A stretch of DNA of 64,000 nt, taken from NCBI RefSeq assembly GCF_009914755.1, contig NC_060932.1. One strand, given 5' to 3'. The position numbers were made by a program, and so were the translations under genes. This DNA is from the human T2T-CHM13v2.0 reference genome, Homo sapiens. Below the pieces are notes generated by a model. The model was given only the letters and a program-made list of their open reading frames with translations. It was not told where the DNA came from and did no database searches. Positions 54,791-64,000 of the stretch are shown in pieces (within the stretch, counting starts at the first letter, position 1; each line of letters begins with the position of its first letter).

Positions 54791-55819
54791 ACAGACTTAT
54801 TTCTTCAGCTTAACGTTTATTTCAGCCCTCCTTTTGTAAACTTGTTTTAAAATAAACTAATTTTTTCAGGATTAGGAGGGTATTTGCTTGTTATTTTTTC
54901 TTTGTTTTTATTTTATTTTCAGGGCTAAGCATCCTAGCATGGGTTTTGGATTGTCTCATGAAGACCATGGATCTGGTGTGCTACTTAAGAAAATTCTGAA
55001 GTGCAATCTTTTTTTCTTATTTTGTTCTTAGGCTCCTTTATCATTCCATTTCTTTTCAACTGAAAGTTTTTTTGACCAAGTTTTTTTTTGTGTGTGATGA
55101 CACTTGGAGGCAAAAAAAACCTATAGAAACACAAGGAAGCACCAGCCGTCTGTGTCCCTGCAATTCATAATATCTCCTGGGTATTGTTGCTGTTTATCTT
55201 GCTTCTTTGCCCATTATTCTCCATTGATTTATATTATTCAATCAATGAATATAGTCCTATATAAAAAGAACCTAGGTCAATGGAACTTTGTGTTTAAATC
55301 TCCTAGGAGGAATAGTTGTTTGAAGATAAATTCTTTGGAGAACCCATTTGTGAAGTGAATTCAGCCCTTTACTTCACCTGTTTTGAAAGTTTTTCCATCT
55401 ATAGACTTTCCTTAAATGGAAGCAAGCCTGTCTATACTTTTTGTTTGTTCTACCTCTCTCTCCCACTATCAGTTGTCTAGCTGGGGGTGGAGTATAAGCA
55501 GAGAGGAAGACTGAAAGGATAAAATAAGGAATGAGCCCGCACATAGTAAACCTTTTAGTTTTTGCTTAAGAATAGTTTTTCACCCTATATTTCAGAGAAC
55601 TAAATACTTTTGATGATCTTGGGATATTAGTTTGGAAGTTTTATTCATCAAAGATCACTAAGATCATTACCAAGTGCACTAGTTGGATCATCAAATCCAA
55701 GATTTGTTTTTTAACTCCGGATCATTCTCATGGGACAAATATCCCAGCTTCCAAGGAAAGAAGAGTCCCAGAGAACCGTTGCTAATGGTTCCCTCGCTTC
55801 CATGCCCAGCACACTGCCC

Positions 55820-56617
55820 ACTTAGGGGCTCTGACTGGGGCAGGCAATTAAATTGACATAAAACAGATTAGCAGGAAAAAAGTGTACAGATTTAAGCCTA
55901 TAATCCCAGTGCTTTAGGAGGCCGAGGTAGAAGGATGACTTGAGGCCAGGGTCTCAAGACCAGCCTGGGCAACATAGTGAGACCCCGAGACCCCCATCTT
56001 TAAAAAAAATAAAAAAATTAACTGGGTGTGGTGGCCCACACCTATAGTCCTAGCTACTCGGGAGGCTGGGGTGAGAAAATTGCTTGAGCCCAGGAGTTCA
56101 AGGCTGCAGTGAGCTATGATTGTGGCAGTGCATTCCAGTCTGGGCAACAGGGCAAGACCCTGTCTCTAAAAAGGAAAAAGCGTACAGATTTGTACATGAA
56201 CATGAGAGTAATCTTCATAGGAAAATAAAGACCCAAAAAAGCAGTTAGAGTCTAATAGAGTGCTCATATATCAAGTTGGACGAAGTAATAAATTGTGAAA
56301 ATGTGACAAGGCAAAGGAGCTTGGGCTAGGGTAGTCAGTCATGAAGAAGTGACTAAGAAGATAGGGGTTAGTTTAGCAAGACTTGTACAGATTTTCCTCA
56401 GCCTTAACTTCTTGTTTTTCCTGTCTTTGGTGACAAAAATGATACTTTCCTTCTGGTACAGGGAGAGCATCTTTCACATGGGAGTTTAGTGCTTTCAGGA
56501 AAAAAAGGAAAGTCAGAATGTCCTTTTTGCATCTGCTCTTTTCCAAGTGCTTTTAACTCAAAATAGTCAATATGCCAAGTGGCATCCTTTGGGGGTGGCA
56601 TGCTCTGAATTCCTTCG
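55820..56617 (-). mobile_element. MER34-family (ERV1) LTR interrupted by AluJ
   Basis: ctcaaaatagtcaatatgccaagtggcat..tttgggggtggcat..ctgaattccttc terminus; left boundary approximate. Confidence 0.78.
55895..56174 (+). mobile_element. AluJ, slightly 5'-truncated
   Basis: ttgagcccaggagttcaaggctgcagtgagctatgat; TSD aaaaag(t/c)gtacagattt. Confidence 0.92.
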
Positions 56618-57364
56618 GTCATTAACACACAAGTTTGTTTGAAACCCAGTTTTACTTCTCCCTCTATAATGAAACAGCTTTCTTTTATGGAGCTCTTTCT
56701 CTTCAGAGTATCACTTACTTAATAAGAGGTCTTTGGTCAAAGTTTAAGCTCTGATTTACAAACATGATTCCCTTTGTCGGTTTGTGTTGTGTCTGTCAGT
56801 AGACTTGGTCTCCACCTCTTGGGATCACCTTCCCCTTACATGGAACGTGGAATTCAACTTACGGTGGAAACAAGAAGCATTAAACCATCTGTTGAAAATC
56901 TTAAACAATCCGGAAGTAAAAACAAACTAGATAAGGCATTTTGGGCTGGAGTGCACATTCATTCCACATGTGAAATAATGTAATGTGTGCTATGTTGAGG
57001 TTAATTCACACTTATGCAACTAGTTGGATCTGGCAAAGCTGGCTTTAAATATGGAATTAAAAATATATATTTCCAGATTCGAATAGGTGTAGTCGATAAT
57101 ATGTGGCTGGCTGAGCCAAAACCATTCTCAAATTTTAAAAAATACAATTTCAAAAATGTATTTAGCTCTCTAATGAGAGGTGATTGAGAACAATGAGGAG
57201 CAGTTTATTGTGAAATCTGCTTCATATTAGCTCTGGGATCTTGGACAGGAGACACTTGAGCCTTCATTTAAGTGTCAATGGGATAAATAATCTCTTCCCT
57301 AAGTACCTGTGATGTAGAAAGGTCAAAATATGATGAAGCATTTGATAAGCTATAAAGTTTATAT

Positions 57365-58105
57365 AGTCATTCACCCTTTAACATTGACAGAGAATCTATT
57401 AAACACTATGCTATATTAGTAGGCTGAATATAAATAAAGATAAATGATATACTATTTATCCTCTAAGAATTTATCATCTTATATAGTCAGTGTGTAGGGA
57501 AGGTAGACATGTAAACAAACAAATATAATCCATTACAAATGTGTGGGAAAAGAATACAGTAGAGATTTTAAGTGGTCAACTCAGTTGAAGGAGTCAGGAA
57601 AGCAAATTCGGGGCCTTTTTTAGCGGGGGTGAGGAGTTGTCTGGAAAGCTGATTGTTAAACCTTTACCAGCATGCCATTGGACCCATCTGATACAGACCC
57701 TTGAACACTAGATACTCAATGCAATTAAGTTCATGATATTGATTTTGATACATGTTTTACTCTTTTAAAGGAAACACTTTTAGAAAAGAAAGTGATAATT
57801 AATTAAGTATAAGCAAGGGGTAAAACACCAAAGTTGCCTGGAAACAGAAGCATTTTATTAGGTGAGATAAAAGCCATAAAAACGATCTCCTATTGAATTA
57901 AACAGTTCTAAGATGGAAAGGAGGATACGATTAGATTAACACAGTAGAAGAATCTAACTAAATTTCTATCGAAGGTGATCTGAGTAGGTGTTTCTAGACA
58001 GGGGGAAATAAGGTAGGGTAAATAGGGGTTCTTTTCAGGCAGAGGCCATTGATATCAAAGATGCATGTGCATGTAATAGCATGGCTCTTTAGGAGAACTG
58101 AGAAA
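57365..58105 (-). mobile_element. L2 split by the duplicated segment at 57601-57964
   Basis: gagtcaggaaag before and ttct..aggtgatctgagtagg..ttcaggcagagg after join into contiguous L2-like sequence. Confidence 0.55.
57601..57964 (+). repeat. Local low-copy duplication, copy A (paralog of 60463-61140)
   Basis: Hand alignment gives roughly 80-87% identity, e.g. cagaagcattttattaggt.agataaaagccataaaa is shared. Confidence 0.93.
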
Positions 58106-59361
58106 ATAAACATGTAGGTTTTCTGTTCTCAATCAATTTGTATCAGATGCATTAATAGATATAGTGATGATATTAAGGCAAATACCAATAAAACCAAGGG
58201 GCGATGAATTCTTTATGAGATCCCAGAGGATATATGTATTCTAAACGGAATACATATTCTGAATGTATTCTAAACGGAAGCCAATAGTGCAAAGAGTGAA
58301 ATTTGAAATAGGTTTCATAGTGTGATGAGAAGTTATGAGTGGATGGGAAGAGTCTTTTAAGAATGCTTGGTGTATAAAAAACATTATTTACTATGTTTGT
58401 ATGGGACAGAAAATGTGTTTAGCAAGAAGTTAAAGTGATTTTTTGGGCATGCATTTGTTACAAATAGATATGTGAGAAAAAATAAGAATTTTGAGTTTTT
58501 CTGAAAGAATACTCAAATCACCAAAAATAAATTTGAACTTCAGTGGTGAAGATTTTGTCCATCTTGTGCAGTTGCTCATGGTGACTTCCATGAAATACTC
58601 CAAATAGAATGTCTTTACTTGGTCTGTGAGAAATGGCCTAGGGAGTCTTGTTTGATTGCATCGCAAATTGAACAGGTGGCAGACACTTTTACTTAAAATC
58701 TCTTCCTGTGTTGACTATTGCATTTCCCATTCTAATATCTTTTTTTAAAGTCTCAAGGGATTCTATATATTAAACCACAGTTTACTTCTCAAAGATGTAG
58801 GACCATATTGCCTACCATCTGTGTTTCTGAACTTTTTTCCAGAAAAATATTCATTTAATTTGTCCCCTGAGTTTTAAAAATTCTCCAAGAAATCTCTATC
58901 CTCTCCTTATGACTGCATATCCACCATCGTATTCTTTCATTATATTACTGCTAGTCCTCTAAGCTCAACTTTTCTTACTCTTTCCCATGGCTCTGTACTT
59001 GTTTGGGTCCCTTTGCCATGTGCCCAGTTTTTATCTAACTTGAAACTTGGTCACTTGCAACTGAGTCACTGAGTTATTTCCTTTCCTTAAATATCATACT
59101 GAAAAGAACCATCGCTCGAAAGATTAATTGAAAGAAGTGCGTTATTTTCTAAACTAGTAAGGTCAAGCTCTCCCTTAGGATTTAAAGTCCTTCAAATTCT
59201 CTTTTCATGTTTTGTTAACTTTTTGGGGACAAAAATGGGGAGAGGCACAGCCTCAAAAATAAGGACTGTGTTAAGTGGTAATGACATTTCCTCTAATATT
59301 TTTATCAAGTCCAATTTCTACTCTTTTATTAACATTTCAAAATTAACTTTTAAAATATATT

Positions 59362-59574
59362 CCATCCTGGCTAACACGGTGAAATGCCGTCTCTACTAAA
59401 AATACAAAAAATTAGCCAGGCGCCGTGGCGGACGCCTATAGTCCCAGCTACTTGGGAGGCTGAGACAGGAGAATGGCGTGAACCTGGGAAGGCGGAGCTT
59501 GCAGTGAGCCGAGATAGCGCACTGCACTCTGGCCTGGGCGAAAGAGCGAGACTCCGTCTCAAAAAATAAATAAG

Positions 59575-59606
<32 letters not shown>
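59362..59606 (+). mobile_element. AluY (Yk-like), 5'-truncated
   Basis: gagatagcgc..ggcctgggcgaaagagcg; (TAAA)n tail; TSD taaaatatatt. Confidence 0.93.
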
Positions 59607-59609
<3 letters not shown>

Positions 59610-59889
59610 AATATATTTTTGATAATATTCTTTATCCCAAAGTTTATATTTTTAAAATCATTTGTCTAGGCTGTATACTTCTCTAGTTAGTCAGATAGTG
59701 TAACACCACAGTTTTAGTTTTATAAATTAGCAAAATGCCTACTATAGTACTCAGAATTCATTTGGCTTAGATTATAGTTCTATTAAATCATGTAGTCATT
59801 TTCAAACTTTTAGCTTATATGTGAAGGTTAAAATCAAATTTCTTTTTTTAAATCAAGCAGCTAAAGTTTTGCATACGTTAATTAAAATT

Positions 59890-60330
59890 AACAAATTGGA
59901 AAATATCTGTGTTGCATCTATTATGAACAAGACACTTTTGTAAGTATTTTAAGACTTATGAAGATGCAGATCCTGCCCTCGAAGTGTACACAAGGTCTTA
60001 GGGAAAATAAGACTGCATAAATAAATTACTGCAAAGCAGATATTGAAATGTGACATAAAAATGTTAGGTGATATCAAAGCAGAGAGGATTTCAGTTCACT
60101 TGGAAGCATTAAAAAAATGCCCATGAAAGATATCTCCTATAAGCTCATGTTCAAAGGCTGTTTAGGAGTTTGATGTGTGGCGATGAGGCAAGTGCTTTCC
60201 AGAGAGTGAGTAAATGAACAAAGGGGTAGGAGTCCATGTTGAAAAATGAATCAGTAGTTCTTTACACACAAAATGCATTAAAGAAAACATGGAACAATAA
60301 TAGAGTGAGAAGTTTGATTCAACCAATATA
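59890..60330 (-). mobile_element. L2 fragment
   Basis: cctgccctc..taggagttt..ttccagagag..gaacaaagg. Confidence 0.5.
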
Positions 60331-60462
60331 ACGGTGTGCTAGAGTTAATTGATATTGCCTTGTGAGAGCTGTTAAATTTTCAGGAATCTTGTTAGATAGT
60401 TGATATCATTTTGATGGCTTGAAATTAGCTATGGTAATGGGAATATGTATACCATAAAATTG

Positions 60463-61140
<678 letters not shown>

Positions 61141-61971
61141 AGCTAAACAACATCTATGCATACAATAAATTCCAACCATCAGCAAAGAGCCATAGTTACC
61201 GCAGTGAGTGAACAGCTGCCACAAAACCCTATAGGTTGCAAACATATGGTTCCCATCGCTTCTAGTCTGGGAAGAGATGAAACAAGCTACTCTTCGTTGT
61301 TTCTTTCTAGTAATGACTGGAGGAACTACCTGCATGGTGGTATTGTTCCCTGATGACTGGAGAAGGGTGTGGAGGGCAAACTTCTGGAAGATGAACTACT
61401 CTCTCTCCTCACTGATTAGTGCTTTACTTACAGCAGAGCTCCCATCACATCACGGAGCCTTGAAGGAATCCCTGGAAGAAAAGTGCTGAGTTCCATAGAT
61501 CATTTCCTGTTCTTCCTATCTGATGAGAAGAAATGCTTTATTAATTCATCAGGAATGACCTTGTTTACCAGAGAGGGAGGAATTCTATGAATAGCTCAGT
61601 TTGAGTGACATTCTAATAATCATAAAATAAGCATGAAATAATTCTTTTTTAAAAATCTTAACAAATGGCTTCAGGCTTTCAGGCCTTTAGAAAACAAAAA
61701 GAACAGAACAAGAAATGCTACTAACCACTTTGGAATCCAGGGTAGAGATTCTTAACCTGCATCACAGCTGGGCTTCAGGGCATGTGTGGAAACAAAGACC
61801 AGGGAAACAAACACTAAGGTTTTTTTGTGCGTGCCCATGTATTTTTCTTAAAAGAGGAACCATAGGTTTTACTGGATTCTCAACGGGGTCTCTGTGAAGC
61901 CTCCTGGCCACCCAATCTGCCAATCTGCCATTCTTCCTTGTACCACCTGAAAGATAAGAATTACTGGCTTG

Positions 61972-62828
61972 AAGCCCATTAACAAGTGGGCAAAGGACAT
62001 AACTGACACTTCTCAAAAGAAGACAAACATGCAGCCAAAAAACATGAAAAAAAAGCTCAACATCACTGATTATTAGAGAAATGCCAATCAAAAGCACAAT
62101 GAGATACCATCTCACGCCAATCAGACTGGCTATTATTAAAAAGTCAAAAAATAACAGATGCTGGAGAGGCTGTGGAGAAATAGGAATGCTTTTACACTGT
62201 TGGTGGAAATGTAAATTAGTTCAGCCACTGTGGAAACTGTGTGGTGATTACTCAAAGACCTAGAGGCAGAAATACCATTTGACCCAGCAATACCATTACT
62301 AGGTATATATCCAAAGGAATATAAGTCATTCTATTATAAAGATACATGCATGCGTATGTTCATTGCAGCACTATTCACAATAGCAAAGACATGGAATCAA
62401 CCTTAATACCCATCAATGATAGACTGGATGAAGAAAATGTAGTACATATACACCATGGAACACTATGCAGCCATGAAAAGGAATGAGATCATGTCCTTTG
62501 CAGGGACATGGATAGAGTTGGAAGCCATTATCCTCAGCAGACTAACGCAGAAACAGAAAACCAAACACCACATGTTCTCACTTATAAGTGGGAACCGAAT
62601 GATGAGAACACATGGACGCATGGCAAAAAACAACACAAGCTAGGGCCTGTCAGGGGTGGAGGGGAGGGAGAGCATCAGGAAGAACAGCTAATGGATGCTG
62701 AGCTTAATACCTAGGTGATGAGTCAAACAGTGCAGCAAACCACCATGGAACACGTTTACCTATGTCACAAACATGCACATCCTGCATGTGTACCCCTGAA
62801 CTTAAAATAAAAGTTGAAGGGAAATAAA
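61972..62828 (+). mobile_element. L1PA13-like 3' end, 5'-truncated
   Basis: ORF2 C-terminal peptides ([22 protein letters not shown]) and 3'UTR; TSD aagaattactggcttg/aagaatcattggtttg. Confidence 0.93.
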
Positions 62829-62880
62829 AAGAATCATTGGTTTGGTCATACTTCAATGTTTCTAGGAAATAGGAGGAATA

Positions 62881-63200
62881 TTTATATATTATATATATAA
62901 ATATTACATATATTATATATTATATATATAAATATTACATATATTATATATTATATATATAAATATTACATATATTATATATTATATATAAATATTACAT
63001 ATATTATATATTATATATATAAATATTACATATATTATATATTATATATATAAATATTACATATATTATATATTATATATATAAATATTACATATATTAT
63101 ATATTATATATATAAATATTACATATATTATATATTATATATATAAATATTACATATATTATATATTATATATATAAATATTACATATATTATATATAAA
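62881..63200. repeat. AT-rich minisatellite, 31-bp unit, about 10 copies
   Basis: Unit catatattatatattatatatataaatatta; the single C recurs every 31 bp (one 29-bp unit) from 62907 to 63184. Confidence 0.97.
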
Positions 63201-63269
63201 TAATATTTATATTCCTTTACCAAAAAGAGGATTTATGTATTTCCAGAAGTCTTTAAGCTTTTAAAAAAA

Positions 63270-63688
63270 TTTATAATTGTTATGGGCACACAATAGTTGC
63301 ATATATTTATGGGGTACATGTGATATTTTGATACAAGCATACAATGTGTAATGATCAAATCAGGGTAATTGGAATATCCATCACTTTAAGCATTTATCAT
63401 TTCTTTGTGCTAAGAACATTTGAATTCCATTCTTTTAGCTACTTTAAAATATACCACAAATTATTGTTAACTATAGTTACCCTATTGTGCTACCAAATAC
63501 GAGTTCTTATTCATTGTATCCAACTGTATTTTTGTACCCAGTAACCATCTTCACTACCCCTTCCAGCCTCTGGTAACCATCATTCTATTACTTCTCCATG
63601 ATTTAAAATTTTTTTTCAGCTCCCTCATATGAGTGAGAACATGTGATATTTGTCTTTCCGTGCCTGGCTTATTTCACTTAACATAGTG
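63270..63688 (-). mobile_element. L1MA2/3-type 3' end
   Basis: atatttatggggtacatgtgatattttgatac..cccttccagcctctggtaacc. Confidence 0.9.
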
Positions 63689-63855
63689 GTTTTTTTTTTT
63701 TTTTGGACTAGACACGAGAAAATCTTTTAAATGTTTTGAGGTATATATATTGTCATATATTTTCTCTTTTGGTGCTTAGACCAAACCTATGAGATAAATA
63801 AATAATGTATTATCATTCTTACTAGCCTGCATTGAGAACTACAGAAGTTAGCACT

Positions 63856-64000
63856 CAGTGGTTCTTAACCTGGACTACACATCACTTTGGAATTTTACAA
63901 AAGCTGTGATGGTCAGGCCCTATCTCCAAAGATTCTGATTCAATGCATTTGGAATGGAACCTAGTTATCCACATGTTGTATAAAGTTCCAAAAGTGATTC
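63856..64000. mobile_element. MER5B/MER5A-type hAT element, cut by the window edge
   Basis: cagtggttcttaacctgg..agattctgattcaat. Confidence 0.7.

Noticed and set aside
62881-63200. 31-bp periodic array as a CRISPR-like locus
   Set aside because: Units are contiguous with no unique spacers, there are no cas genes, and the context is eukaryotic

Overview
Primate (almost certainly human) AT-rich, gene-poor genomic DNA. I find no credible protein-coding gene, CpG island, rRNA, tRNA or CRISPR array. Roughly half or more of the window is recognisable interspersed repeat: L1 of several ages, Alu J/S/Y, MaLR THE1/MST/MLT1, ERV1 LTR8/MER41A/MER50/MER34-like, ERVL LTR16/LTR33, hAT MER1B/MER3/MER5/MER30B/MER58/MER63, MIR, L2 and L3. 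The only gene-like feature is a perfect 35-bp-arm palindrome at 20104-20180. From memory I recognise it as the MIR5681A(+)/MIR5681B(-) stem-loop, which would place the window at human 8q21.11 between GDAP1 and MIR2052HG (not verified). I see no convincing new biological system. The most interesting structures are: (i) this hairpin, apparently made by template switching inside an ancient MIR, plus several smaller fold-back repeats; (ii) a ~365-bp templated local duplication (57601-57964 vs 60463-61140) carrying a HOX/CDX+GATA motif block; (iii) a near-consensus oestrogen response element in a MER41A LTR; (iv) a FOXA plus steroid-receptor motif cluster at ~44.2 kb; (v) several unusual retrotransposon architectures. 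Subfamily names come from recalled consensus sequences, and boundaries of old elements are approximate.
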